From assembly GCA_951406725.2 (NCBI GenBank), contig OX597817.1, forward strand, positions 116,560,001 to 116,624,000: a stretch of 64,000 nt of DNA, read 5' to 3'. Each line of letters begins with the position of its first letter. The stretch's first letter is position 1. Below, piece after piece: positions 13,394 through 27,136 of the stretch. A program made the translations under genes and the position numbers. The notes below the pieces were generated by a model. That model saw nothing but the letters and a program-made list of their open reading frames with translations. It searched no databases and was not told the origin of the DNA. The stretch comes from Octopus vulgaris (Eukaryota).

Positions 13394-13800
13394 ATTTCTT
13401 TACTGCCCACAAGGGGCTAAACATAGAGAGGACAAACAAAGGGATTAAGTCGATTACATCGACCCCAGTGCTAAACTGGTACTTTTATTTATCGACCCCG
13501 AAAGAATGAAAGGCAAAGTCGACCTCGGCAGAATTTGAACTCAGAACGTAACGACAGACGAAATGCCTATTTCTTTATTACCCACAAGGGGCTAAACACA
13601 GAGGGGACAAACAAGGACAGACATAGGTATTAAGTCGATTACATCGACCCTAGTGCGTAACTGGTACTTAATTTATCGACCCCGAAAGGATGAAAGGCAA
13701 AGTCGACCTCGGCGGAATTTGAACTCAGAACGTAACGCAGACGAAATACCGTTAAGCATTCCGCCCGGCGCGCTAACGTGTCTGCCAGCTCGCCGCCTTA
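13394..13800 (-). mobile_element. SINE family B, full head plus tandem second unit
   Basis: Minus-strand head AAGGCGGCGAGCTGGCAG and B box GAGTTCAAATTCC. The internal junction is at 13567/8. Confidence 0.9.
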
Positions 13801-14572
13801 AACGACAAACATTGAAGCCTTTACGACCTGAATTGCTTTCACATAATGTATACAATATGTACTTTATTACTGAATAGGTTAGTGTTTGAAATGACGGGAA
13901 TTTGGCTACTCTGTTTAGAATGTTGAGTGACATCTCAACATTGCTTAGCTGTATGATGTGATATCTGAAAATAAATCGATCGTGGATCACAGTGGTGGTT
14001 TTCTCTAAAATGTTATTATGGCGCTCCTGTTGATGAGGGTTGTATTGGCTCATCAAATACGTATGGAATAATTATGCTTTATACATATGTAGATGCTCAT
14101 TATTTTTCCATATATGTGGAGCCATTTATTAGAATTTTACTGTTTTTATACACTTAGTCCCTAATATAATGATGTTTATGTAAGAATATCTTTCTACCTC
14201 TCAACCTATCTATCTCTCTATCTATCTATCTATCTATTTATCTATCTATCTGTATGTCTGACTGTCTATCTGTCTATCTTTCTATATATATATGTATATA
14301 TACATACATGCACACACACCCATACGTACACACATACATACATATATACATACATACATGCATGTATATATGTAAGTATCAATGACTTCAGATGTGTATG
14401 TGTTTAACTTCCGTATAACTTGTTCACTCTTCATTTATTACAACTACCTATAATAACAATATTGCTTCTTGTACTAATCTTCGGTATAAAACAGAAAAAT
14501 GTAAGAGAGCTAGAGAGAGAGAGAAAGAGAGAGAGGGGAGTAAGGGAGTGTAGTAGTGTGTGAGTGAGTGAC

Positions 14573-14606
<34 letters not shown>

Positions 14607-17118
14607 TTTGCTTCATATGAAACTAATAATTGATTCCAGTCTATGGAGGTCTCCGTATTCCACAAAGAACAAAGTTCACGTTCCATTTTGGCTGCTTGAA
14701 ATAGCAAGTAAATTTTCCACAAATCGCACTTTACTGTGCAAATTTAAGGATAAGACAGGAAAACATTGAACACAGTATGCTTGCATATTAAAATCTCTCT
14801 CTTCCTCCCTCTCTCTCTCTCTACACACACACACGAAAATTCCCGGAGCAGCTGTTCTTCCCTAGTAAAAATAATTTTTTTCATCTAGAATTTACATCAA
14901 CAATGTTGTCGAATTCTCAGAAGGTATAACGTATCCATGCATCTGACACAGTCCGTGTGAAAGGAAACTTCTCGTCCAAGAGACACGAGATATAACTAGC
15001 CAATAAGCGACTAGATTAACGCTGACGTTCTCAAAAAACAGTGACTCTTTCATATTTTGAATATTAAATTAGACACGATATTTATGTTCTAAATATCTGT
15101 TTAATGCGGGGCATTTTATTTAAGCGTCGCAATGTGTTGACAAAATTTGCGTTTAAATAGTTTAAAAAGTATAGCCTATTGCAGCTGTATTAGAAAATGC
15201 GACGATAATATTCCGTGTTTTTTCTGGTCATCACTGGAGAATTTTCTTATCTTCGTTAGGAAATTTACTCTTTGTGATTTGGTTTTAGCAATGTTATTTA
15301 TGTATGATTTTATGAGAGATCAACGGAGATAGAGAAACCCAAAGATTATGACAAGTTGAAATATTTTTAGTTGCATTTGGTAAATGGTTACTAAGTATTA
15401 TTGACACCTGTGGGTAATACTTTAATGACATGGAACTAGTGTTGTTACTATACTTTAATAGAAATAAGAAAAAGCAAGCATTTAGCGTACAGAAGCAAGC
15501 ATGCAAGAGATATAACTGAACATATAATAGACGGAACCTGATAGAGTATGTATTTAACATAACGTCGGCTTACAGGCTTTATTTGTTCAGAGTGAATAGG
15601 TGTATCAGAATGGCATACCAGTCCATACTTTATTGGGATAGTGTAGCATTAAACTTCTCATATAAGGGATGTGACATTTAAATAGCCGATAAGAGATTAA
15701 ATTAGCGAGGAAGTTTTCAAAACAGACACCTGTACCTGACAATGGTTTCAAAACAAAAAGTAGATTTCTATCTATGGGAAAAAATAACACAAATATGCGA
15801 TTTCAATCAGACACTCGTAAACATACAAATATATAATTTATATATATGCGTATACAAAGATATTCACATACACCTATTATTTATGTTCTTGAGGAAACAA
15901 AAACGTTGCTGTAAAGATTTACTGAAGGAATACCTCCATACGGGTAAATTTTTATACATGTGACTTATATGAATTCCTGCTATAGTAGATAAGTAAAATT
16001 ATCGACAAATATCTAAATGAAGAAATATTGGTTTCTTCAGATACTTCGAATATGAACACCTTTACATGCTACATAATTTATAAGTAACAATGTATTATAG
16101 CAACACTTAAGTGATATATATTACATTTTTCTTTTCTTTTATACGCAAATATTTCTCAAGAAACAGTAAGACATAGGATAACCGTCTTGCAATAAATAGT
16201 TACTTCTTACACCGCTATATTTTCTGATACTGCTGAGCCGACTTTATCTTTTATCGTTGTGAAAGAGACAGAATATAAGAATGTATAAATTGTACCCATT
16301 TTCTAGGTTTGCAATAAAGTGAATACTGTAATATATTACAAAGAATCACAGCACGAATCTTCGAGAGCTTAAGGTAATACTGGTGGTATTCATATAAATA
16401 TAGAAAATATTCACAATTACCTAATGTATTTAAATGAATGTATCTAGTTTAAATTACAAATGTATATCTGGGAAAGAATAGACTTCGATTAGAATGCGAG
16501 TGAGTTAGTAATATTCGTGTTAGGCTTTCCAAACGGTTAAAATTTAAAATATCGACTGACTCAAATAGTAAGTACTGCAAGTTCTTACAATAGATTAAGG
16601 CTACAAACGGCTTCGAATTAACAATATTTCTATGTTAACAATATACATACATATGTGTCTCTGTGTTTATAAATCTGTATGCGTGTACATATATATATAT
16701 ATATATATATATGCTTCAGAAATAACGCTTTCCTAGTGTTCTCGTTACTCTTTTGTTCGGAGTTTACTATTTCCCTTCTTCTTTTTCAGATAATCACGAT
16801 CAAAATATCGGCATCATCAGGCATTAATAAAAGGGATGTTATTTTAATGCCATTCATAAATATTAATAGTATCAAGTGACTAACAACAAAATGTCGTTTG
16901 TGAACGATGTGTTCATTTAAAAAGAAAGGAAAAAATATTTGATTACGTGTGTTCTCAGAAAACAAAAACTGAAAATATGCCTGATTAATTGCAAATATTT
17001 TCATTTCTTCAATGCAAATTAATTCAGGGAGAACCAAATCAATTACACATGGTTGAACACTACCAAGCAAATTTATTTAGTGAAGATCAAACATTATTTT
17101 CTAACTGAATTGTTCAAC

Positions 17119-17694
17119 ATGGATAGGATACAAGAAATCGTTAAGACAGACGAAGGTACAAATTCAGAACCAGAAATTCTAAAGCTATGTGATATTGATG
17201 AAGATGAATGGAACTATTCTACGAATATGGATAAAAACCAAACTTCTTCGAATGAGAATTTGCGTATTTCAGACACCAGTACGTTAGAAATTAATACAAA
17301 TACATTGGATAATATTGATTATAAAAATAAGCCATCAAAGAAGCAGCGTCGTTTTGGCATTTTTTACATAAAAAACAGAGATGAAAAAGACTGTGTCAGT
17401 AATGGAAATGAAGCTGTAGACATTGAACAAATTTCAGAATTAAACGATGTTGTCCGAAAAAAAAGTTGGTTATTGTTTCGATCAATGGGTAATATTCCAA
17501 ATCCTGAAGTATTCAAATGCAAGCGTTTTCATTTTCGCCGAAATGCTATTTGTGACCCATTTAATTTACTGATGCCTCAAAAACACAGAGAAGTGACCGA
17601 AAAGGCAGCACAGAAAAGAAAAGGTTCAGTTTTCAGAAGAATAAAAATTTTCTTCCAAGTACAATTAAATATTGACGGTGAAGAAGATTTATGA
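17119..17694 (+). CDS. Putative single-coding-exon 191-aa protein of unknown family with a PKI-like RRNAI motif
   Basis: Longest non-repeat, non-TE ORF (open from 17053). The ATG at 17119 has strong context (AACATGG). Composition is protein-like, with an acidic disordered N-half and a basic C-half. It lies in a repeat-poor block, and a strong splice acceptor ends at 16789. Confidence 0.6.
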   Translation: MDRIQEIVKTDEGTNSEPEILKLCDIDEDEWNYSTNMDKNQTSSNENLRISDTSTLEINTNTLDNIDYKNKPSKKQRRFGIFYIKNRDEKDCVSNGNEAVDIEQISELNDVVRKKSWLLFRSMGNIPNPEVFKCKRFHFRRNAICDPFNLLMPQKHREVTEKAAQKRKGSVFRRIKIFFQVQLNIDGEEDL

Positions 17695-19907
17695 GAGTCT
17701 ATGGTTGTTTTCATTACAAAGAATTATATCACAGCTAAAATGGTGGCTGAGATTGCATTTTGAAACATAGCATATCAAAATTTTGAACTTGTATATAGAT
17801 GTGCTACAGCTAATGAGATCCTTCGGAATTATGGCGTTCATGCAGACTACTTTTTAAGTATAAAATTACAAAAGGTGAGATTGCTTAGTGTGAACTTCCC
17901 GGTTAGATAATCCGTTTCAATGATTGTAATATTAATTTTCAGAAAAACATCATTATTCGCCAATATTGACAAGAAACTGATATTATTTATTGTAACAATT
18001 CAAACTTCTGGATATATTATATATTCACTGATAGAAGTAGTCTATCAGTTACAAATATTAACCAAAAACGTATATTAGCTCATTATTCTAGCAAATCCTA
18101 CGTGAATGCATTAAGATCTACGCTATTTGCAATAAGAATGTTATTGCTTTTCTTTTTATTTCCTTTTAAAGTAAAATGATAACTCGTAAAACTGAAAGTG
18201 TAGCCCTATAATTTAAGATGCTTATATGTGGATTTCATTATATGAATTTACACACAGTGAATTCTTCATTGGAAATTGCTGTGAGAATCAGAGTGGTAGA
18301 AATACTGAAAGCTAATTTCTATCGTAATATAAACCTGGTTAAAATTGACTGAATGTTATAACCTGAATGCAATTTGGCTATATGCTTCCTGATATTTATA
18401 TATTCCACAGACACATCTGCATAGTACCATAACAAGACGAGTACAACTAAAACAAATTAATTTAGCTAGTTCCCAAAAAGTAATTCAGTTTTCCTTCTCA
18501 CAATCTATGATACTGTGTAATAGAAGTTGTTATAAACACGTGGGATTATAATTAATAAGAAAATCAATAGTCACTTAACGTATGTGTAACATGTATATTA
18601 CAAGATCGAGAGATATATTTCTATTTTTCGAAAAGATTTTCCCTAGAGGACTAACATTTTCTTTATCAAAGAAACTTCTGCAAATCTATATCAATGACGT
18701 TCTATGTCTCTCCTTTCATATGTTTTCATTTTTCTTTATAATTAAAAGACAGTACAAAAACTATTACTGACTTTATTGTTTTCTCTTTTGGGAACCATTT
18801 GCAATGAATTTATTCGATATTAAACATCTGCTTCTGATACAATAACACACACGAGAAAAAATGGAAGATATATAATACCCATTAATAATTTATATTTGTG
18901 AAATAGAAGCAAGCAAACAATAGCATAAATCTAACACTAACACATGTATTAACAATTATATCTTTCTCATATATGATTCAAATACTTGGCGATACCGCCA
19001 TTTGTTCGTCAATATCCTTATTTTAAAGATACATTTAAAAATGTGTGTCGCATTGAAATCATGGGTTTCATATATGAATATATTTTAACTTTAATTTATA
19101 TATTCTCAAAGTTTTATAATTTGTAAATGTTGATAGAAATTTTATCTGAAAAAGAAAAAAATTAAGATGGATGCAAAACTTATTGCATTTATTTTGAACA
19201 GTTAAGATGAACCAATGAGATTGCTACCATATGGTTTCACTTCGTACAAGAAATAAATTCGAAATGTCTTCAAATCAGCTTCCATCATCTTTGGAAGAAA
19301 GTATTGGCTAAAGCAGACGTATGTCCACAGATATGTGGAATCATCATGACTTCAATGCATTTCATTACGTCATTTCAATCTCGATCAACATTACCTAAGT
19401 GAATTACATATCCTAATAGCGTAATATAAACAAATTATGAAGATATATTATATACATTTCATAAAGGCACTTATGTCTGTCAACTTGCAAATTGTACAAA
19501 AGCATCTGCTTAGATTGGTTTTAAAAATGCTATTTTAAAAGCCAAATTTGAATAGAAATTACAATACAAACATTTTACAACGAGTTTATCTAGTTTCAAA
19601 TTACAACGAGTTTATCTAGTTTCAAATTATATAATAGCTATTTCTAAACGGAGCTTACAATAATCGTTGATATCATTGTGAGAAATATTCATGAAATAGT
19701 CCTTGCTACTATCTGTCGGGCTACTCGATTACAATGACAATAGGGCTTAGCATCGATCCCGAAAGGATGAGATGCACGTCAAACTCGACGTTATGCGTAA
19801 TCAGAACGTAGAGCTGAATGAAACGTCACTAAGAATTTAGGCCGAAATGCTTAGTATTCTTACAGCTGGCGGCATTATATAATAATGATGAGGAGGGGGA
19901 GGATGAA

Positions 19908-20050
19908 CCTTTCTACTGGAAGCATAAGGCCTTGAATTTGGGAGAAAGGATTAAGTCGATTACATCGACCCCAGTGCATAACTTATTCAATCGACACCAA
20001 AAGGGTCAAAAGCAAAGTCGATCTCGGCAGAATTTGAACTCCAAACGTAA
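19908..20050 (-). mobile_element. SINE family B fragment (other degenerate pieces at about 19720-19877 and 20368-20521)
   Basis: AAGTCGATTACATCGACCCCAGTG and GCAAAGTCGATCTCGGCAGAATTTGAACTC match family B. Confidence 0.8.
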
Positions 20051-20352
20051 ATCCCGATGATTTTCCATTTTTCAGTTCACGGATAACTTTTACAACTTCA
20101 TTTACCGTAATCTCTCCAGTGTTGATTTTCAAGTCCTTATCCGTTTCTTTTATTTCGATAGAGATTATGGGCTCTGGGCGATTAAAGATTGTTTGGAAGA
20201 CATAGCCGACCAAAGAAACCATGCCGGAAAACAATAACAAAAGATCTTAAAAGCAGAGGGTTAACAATGGAACAAGCTGTCAAGGACGCTTTCAGTGTTA
20301 TAAGTTGTCAGTGTTGTCGCCTCAAGTCCCACAAGGCAGAATGAAAACCGAA
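20051..20352. mobile_element. RTE-like LINE remnant with an internal inversion
   Basis: Minus strand 20051-20200 encodes FQTIFNRPEP...EITVNEVVKVIRELKNGKSSG (RT N-terminal region). Plus strand from about 20195 encodes GRHSRPKET (the C-terminal GRP motif), then a 3' tail. Confidence 0.55.
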
Positions 20353-20522
20353 TAAATGAATGAATTATAGGCACAGGGCCTGAAACTTTGGGTGAGGAAA
20401 CTAGTCAATTATATCGAAACAGAATTTTACTGGTACTTCAGCGTCTTCAGCGTAGCAGTGGGCAAAATACCGCTAAGCATTTCGTCCAGCGTGATAGCGA
20501 CCCTGCCACCTCGACGCCTTAA

Positions 20523-20587
<65 letters not shown>

Positions 20588-20595
20588 TAATAATG

Positions 20596-20652
<57 letters not shown>

Positions 20653-20663
20653 GTAATAATAAT
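20523..20663. repeat. (TAA)n microsatellite
   Basis: Seen directly. Confidence 0.95.
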
Positions 20664-20940
20664 AGTTGTTATACTTCTCAACACGTCTAGTCTTCCTGCT
20701 AAGATGGCTACTGCTGCTGTTGTTTCGTGCCACGTGAACAGATGAAGCAGTTCATGGATGAAATTAAATCCAACGGTGAACAATGTCATTTTATTTTAAC
20801 ACAAACACACGCACACACGCACACACACATATACACACACACACACACACATGAAACCATACCAGTTTCACTCACAGGGGTGCATGCGTCAGAAGGGAGG
20901 TGTAGTTCTGATTTCATATATATATATGTATATATATATG

Positions 20941-21018
<78 letters not shown>

Positions 21019-21049
21019 TATACACTTATATATACTCTTTTTATCTTTT

Positions 21050-21446
21050 ATTATTCTCTTTCTGTCTGTCATTTGGCTGCTACCATGCTGAAGCGGCGCC
21101 TTGAATGGTTTTAGTCGAACAAATCGACTCCAGAATTTATTTTAAAATTTTATCATTTATTCTATCGGTCTCTGACCGAACCACTAGGTTACAGGGACGT
21201 AAACACACGGCCACCGATGGTCAAGCGATGATGTGGGGACAAACATGCGCTCACACACACGCGGTCACACACACTCATATATGCGACGGGCTTCTTTCAG
21301 TTTCCGTCTCCTAAATCCACTCAGAAGGCCTTAATCAGCCCGATGCTACAGTAGAAAACATTTGCTTAGGGTGCCACACAGTGGGACTAAACTCGGAATC
21401 ATGTGGTTGAAAAGCAAGCTTCTTACCACAGAGCTGCCCCTGTGCG
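21050..21446 (-). mobile_element. SINE family A (diverged)
   Basis: GACGGGCTTCTTTCAGTTTCCGTC and GTGCCACACAGTGGGACT are shared with 2293-2641. Confidence 0.85.
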
Positions 21447-22192
21447 CGTATATATATATATATATATATACGTTCCAAACCTCCCCGCGATAGGCGAATC
21501 GCGATGTTCCGAGCTATTACTCTTTATACAGAATCAAAGTTGAGTTAGAGGGCTTCAAATTGTAATGTTCAAACGTTGTTTTGGTGTACGTTAGAATATT
21601 GCCACACTCCAACCACCAATTTCTAAAGATCTAAACCACATCCCACCAAATTCTTGTCCACGTTGCCACCACAATCTTTAGAGACCTTTCATTCTAACTT
21701 CCCCTTTCATTCTTTACGTTGGATTTTTGTATTCTTTATCAAACTCTCCTCGAATATACACCAGACAACCTGCCTCATTAAAGTATTTGGGAGCAACTTA
21801 AAACATACGTATGCTACCAACACCATCCTGCCACACACATATTAGCGAAATATGCATCTTATAACACTGGTAACCCGAGGAGATTTCGTTTTCCCTTTGG
21901 GGTGCATTCAATTCTATTATGCCGCCCGCCCCACTACGAAGCAGTGCAGAAGTAAGCCGAATCGATCGTTGTGCTTAATAAAGTTTCCATAACACTCAAT
22001 GACGCCAAATAGTATATTACCAACTCTTCGAACCCATTGATAGGGTGTGTCCAGGAGCTGCAAACAATGCCGAAGTGTCGATTTTCTAGTTTATATTCTT
22101 GCTCTTTTTAAATGTTATTTAGTGTTGACTTTTTACAGAATCGTTCGTCGGACAGTTTTGGTTTGGAATTGTATGTATGTATGTATATATAC

Positions 22193-23127
22193 ACACAGAT
22201 GTTAGAAGTAAATAGACATCCCATAAAACATCGTTTTCAGTTTATTCTAACTTGTAATGGTTTATATTCCTTATTAATTGACATTTTTGTTTCAGATTCT
22301 ATATGTAACTGTTTGATCATGCCATGTACAAAAAAGCCTTTGCAGTCTGAGTTTCAAAGTGGTCGTATTTTGAAGGTGAGTATAGTCAGCGTAAAATACC
22401 AGAAAACCTTGGGATCCCGCTTTCTACTGTTAATAGAGTGACTGTGCAATTCACCAGAGAGGGGAAAGTGTCCACATCACCCTGTCCAGATCAACCGGAG
22501 CCTTCTGACAGGACCCTTCTCTTTGCTAAGAGAGTGTGGAGGATAATCCGCTTTGCAAGACCTCTGACATAGCAGAGCAAGTTGATGTCAGTCCCAGAAC
22601 AGCTGTCAGGTATCTCCAAAAACTTTGTTACTATAGTAGAGCAGGAAGAAAGAAGCCAATATGCAACAGAGAAAAGATTGGGTCAGTGAGATGGGAGTGA
22701 GGCCATTAGCATTTTGGGACACTGTCATATTCTCTGATGAGTTCAGATTCGCTGTATTTCTTGATAGTGGTCGAGTGTGGGTCTGGAGAATCTGTGATCA
22801 ATAATTTTATGTGAAAAGATTGAAACCAGCAATGAAACACAGCAGCTATTCTGTGACGGTCTGAGGAACAATTTGAAGCAGTGATTGATCAAAGCTGGTG
22901 GAGTGTGAGGGAACGATAAACTCAAATACATATGTATCCATACTCCAGAAGGGACTCCTTCCAAACTTCTCCAGTGGTGAAATGATTAAAGAAGACTCTA
23001 TTTTTGGAAGATGGGATTCCTTGTCACACGGTTAAAATTACCCAAGATTTGTTGGAAAACAATGGCATTAGAAAGCTTCCATAGCCAAGCAAGCCAACCA
23101 CCAGATATGAACCCTATAGAATATTTG
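22193..23127 (+). mobile_element. Tc1-like transposon relic
   Basis: Degenerate VIFSDEFRF, GRVWVWR and PDMNPIE motifs, with many stops. Confidence 0.8.
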
Positions 23128-23136
23128 ATAAACTTA

Positions 23137-23175
<39 letters not shown>

Positions 23176-23178
<3 letters not shown>

Positions 23179-23238
23179 TAATCCCCCGACTATCGCGAGT
23201 TTTGGAACGTAACGCGCGTGATAGTCGGGGGATTACTG
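23176..23238. mobile_element. 63-bp pogo/Tigger-like MITE in a (TA)n tract
   Basis: Perfect 19-bp TIRs: CAGTAATCCCCCGACTATC and GATAGTCGGGGGATTACTG. Confidence 0.75.
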
Positions 23239-23469
23239 CATATATATATATATATGAATAAGTTTATCAAATATATTTCGGCCTTTGATAATAGTCTCAT
23301 TCTACTTGATAAATATCGTAATTTTATTTCAGTTTCTTCCCTATCAGACTCGTATATCGCAAACCGACAACATTTGTAATTGTTCGTAAATTAGCATTGA
23401 ATTATACCCAATTAAGAGAGTTCATGTGTTTTATTTTTCACACAAATATATTCGTAGACATACGTACAT

Positions 23470-23534
<65 letters not shown>

Positions 23535-24790
23535 TATAATAGATATATGCATATAAGTCCTACAAATACATGTATATCTAGATAAATATGTCTATGTGTG
23601 TATGTGTGTCTATTCATACAGTTGATTGGATACTTATATATGGCAACATACATGCACATATTTGTATAATTAAATTTATATATATTTTACTATATATATA
23701 TTTATAAATATGTGTGTATATATAAATATATATATATTTAGCCATATATATTTTCTATATACGTGTGTGTATGTAATGCATATGCTGACATTAAGCTTAT
23801 TGATTTAAGAAAGAAAAACTTACCCTCCCTATTAGCTCCCTGCCCTTATTTTGTGATAAATTACTAGTTGATTTTTCACAATACTATTGCCATTCATAAC
23901 TCTCAAGATGAAATATTTGATTGCTCAAAGGTAGTTATTCATTTTTCCGCATAACATATTCTATAAATTTTATTTTTCTGTTTGTTTGTATATCATATAT
24001 AGGTTTGCGTATTAATTTTGCCCTCTATCATTTGTTCAGTTTCATTAAAAGGAAATCAAGATGTTATCTGGACATATTTATTTATTTTTTATTAGATGTG
24101 TGGTTTACGTTTGTGTATTTATTTATTTTATTGATGAGAAGTAGTGAGAGATTTATATTAACAATGTAACAATACAGTATATAATGTTGGGCAATATATG
24201 ACATTCACTGATATCTCTTCTCTTGAATTGTATGATGAATGACTAAAAGAAAGTATTAGAAATATGGATTTTCTGTCAACCTTAAAGATTGTCTGAAGAT
24301 AACTTATTTTATTTAACATTTTCTTTTGCATTTCTGGTTTCTTAACTTTGAAAGGAAGTTCTCGGCAACTTAAAGAATAAAAGTATCAGTCCATCTAACT
24401 GAACTATTCAATATACCTAACAAATTTAGCACTAATCAATAGACATTTCATAGACATCTAGAAAATGGAAACTAATAGAGTATTGGCATTTGCATCTCTT
24501 TCTGTGAATATAAAATAATATTCAGAAAATCTATGCATTATTTTGACCTGAAGGTTTATGACATACCATTGCCAAAATCTTTTGCTTTCTTCCTAGATTT
24601 TGAATTATCAGTGAAAACTGAATGTGCTACCAACACAAATAGACATTAATATTGGCGATCGTGACAATGATAATGATGATAATCATAACATTCTCTTCAT
24701 TCGCCATCAGGGCTCATATGCAGAACAGAAAACAGGCCTTGTAAAAGGGAAAGGGTTAAAGACAATTGAGAATATGTGTGATTATACATA

Positions 24791-24845
<55 letters not shown>

Positions 24846-24978
24846 GCATATATGCGTATATGTATTTACATATATGTAATTAGATACACACATATATATG
24901 CATACATACATGCATACATACATACAAATATACATACATACATACATACATACATACATACATACATACATACATACA

Positions 24979-25011
<33 letters not shown>

Positions 25012-25759
25012 GTATATTGATTGATCAATTGAGTGAGTAATTCATTCACTGACTGATTGAAGCTAACGTATATTACAACAGGTTAATATGTTTAAAATTT
25101 TCTCACTGAAAACATATATAGGGGTAGATTAACCACAGAACAGTGATAAACCAATGCTTACATATGAACATAATTCCTCATGATTCCGACCATATTCTTC
25201 AGACTGAAACTTCTGAATGTACCCGCGAGGCTGTGACATTGCCTATTTCTTGTAGGGGCTCCTTTGTCGGGTTTATAAATTGTGTTCTGGTCTTTAAGGA
25301 AGACTTAATGGTTTCGCTATAATCAAGCTCTATGAGAAAATCAGGTAGGGATTACTTTCATATTTCTCTCCTTCTCTATCCAGTGACTCATATTTCTAAT
25401 AAGGTACTCTTTTATAATAATGACATATTCAGGTGATCCTGTGTAACTGTTGTCTGTGTTTAAGAGACTTCAATCCACTTACTTTGCCCAGTCACATTAC
25501 TTGCACACCTACATTTTTCCTTCTTTGTCACCCATTGACGAAAGCAGATTAATAGAAGCGTTACTTATAGACTCTAGCAGGTCCTCTGCCAAAGAAGGCC
25601 ACTCATTTTCTGCGCAGCCGAATATGACCAGGCCTGGTGCTGGTGATATTCAGAATGAGACGATATTATTTTTTCTTGCTTCTGCATTTTTATTTCTGGT
25701 ACAAACGATAACTACAAATAAAGACAATTTACAAAGACGTAACACAATGCAACATGTAT

Positions 25760-25962
25760 AAACCCCGTGTACACCAGGATGCTGACGTTCTTCCAACCCG
25801 ATCACATTCTCAATCTGCGCATGAAGTTTTTGGCCTACGTTCAACAATAAATGGATTTGACATCTTTTGGGCCATGAATTCTCAGTTGAACAGAGGCTAC
25901 CAGCATAGTTTTTAAAAGTCTGATACTTTCCCATTATCACCTCATCAATCAGCACATTACAA
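25760..25962 (-). mobile_element. Highly decayed RTE-like RT fragment
   Basis: VLIDEVIM...TFKNYAGSL resembles the FKYLGS region of RT. Confidence 0.35.
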
Positions 25963-25969
25963 CTATACG

Positions 25970-26049
<80 letters not shown>

Positions 26050-26060
26050 TATATACAAAT

Positions 26061-26118
26061 GGCGGTGCCCCAGCATGGCCACAGCTCATGAGCTGAAACT
26101 GGAAAAATAAAAAAAAAT
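26061..26118 (+). mobile_element. Solo LINE/SINE 3' tail
   Basis: GGCGGTGCCCCAGCATGGCCACAGCTCATGAGCTGAAACTGG plus an A-rich end matches 30998-31040 and 35296-35334. Confidence 0.8.
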
Positions 26119-27035
26119 CATGTGCGTGTATGTATATTTGCATATATACCATATGCTTTTTATAAGAAATTTTTTGAATCCTTACAATTTTCCCAAACCT
26201 CTTTTGCTTCGAGTACGATTAATCTCTTTACTTACTTATTTACAGAGAGTTACTATTACTTATAAAGAAATGTTAACCTTAATGGAGGTTTCAAGAGAAT
26301 GGATTTTTCATCTTTACGCATTATTTCCTGAAGCTTATTTCAATGCTTGTCCTAACTGAGAATAATTCAATTCCGTTAAATAACTTTCCCCTCTCGTGTC
26401 CCAAATGTATTTGCATTCATAACTCTTATTATTGTCAGCATGCAATGGCAGAAGAGGTTTTTGCAATGACATAACAGAAAAAGAAACATTTTCCGTTTAT
26501 GACTAGAGAGGTTAGTGTTACAGGCAACTATTCATACATAATTTTTTTTGCGTTCATGATATAATAATGTATAGACTATATTTAGTCATACCTCACATTT
26601 CAAGGGTTTTATTTTATTATTTCGCTGTATAAAATACACATCAGTCACACAATGACTTTAAAATTTACGCTATAAATTCACTGCCATATAGTAATTTAGA
26701 TATTAAATGAAACTCTCATTAAATATGATTTTATTTCTTACATGCTATAAATCGTTATATAACTTTCAATGGAATAATGTAATATTTTTTTCTATTGTAC
26801 TGTGCGAAAATTGAAGGAGATAGTTTCAAGAACTGAAGATCTGGATTCAGTGTCATACACCAAGCTAGCTAACATATAGTTTCCATGAAGTAATTTTTTT
26901 AGCCCAGTTCAAACCTAATTAAGCAAACTTATGATTAATATTGTTCCAGTTGCGACCATCTATCTATGTTTTTTCTCTTCTTCGTGTGTAATGTAGCCAG
27001 GATAACATTTTTCTGCGGATATATATATATACATA

Positions 27036-27086
<51 letters not shown>

Positions 27087-27136
27087 CCTTCCTTTTTAAG
27101 ACAATTGGTGTTACAACTGAAGTGGATCAATATATG

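Noticed and set aside
16786-16825. Minus-strand CTGATGA...GAAA (lone cores also at about 40128, 63537 and 63870)
   Set aside because: No convincing stem II, stem III or cleavage triplet.
19575-19628. 26-bp tandem duplication
   Set aside because: Real but an ordinary slippage product.
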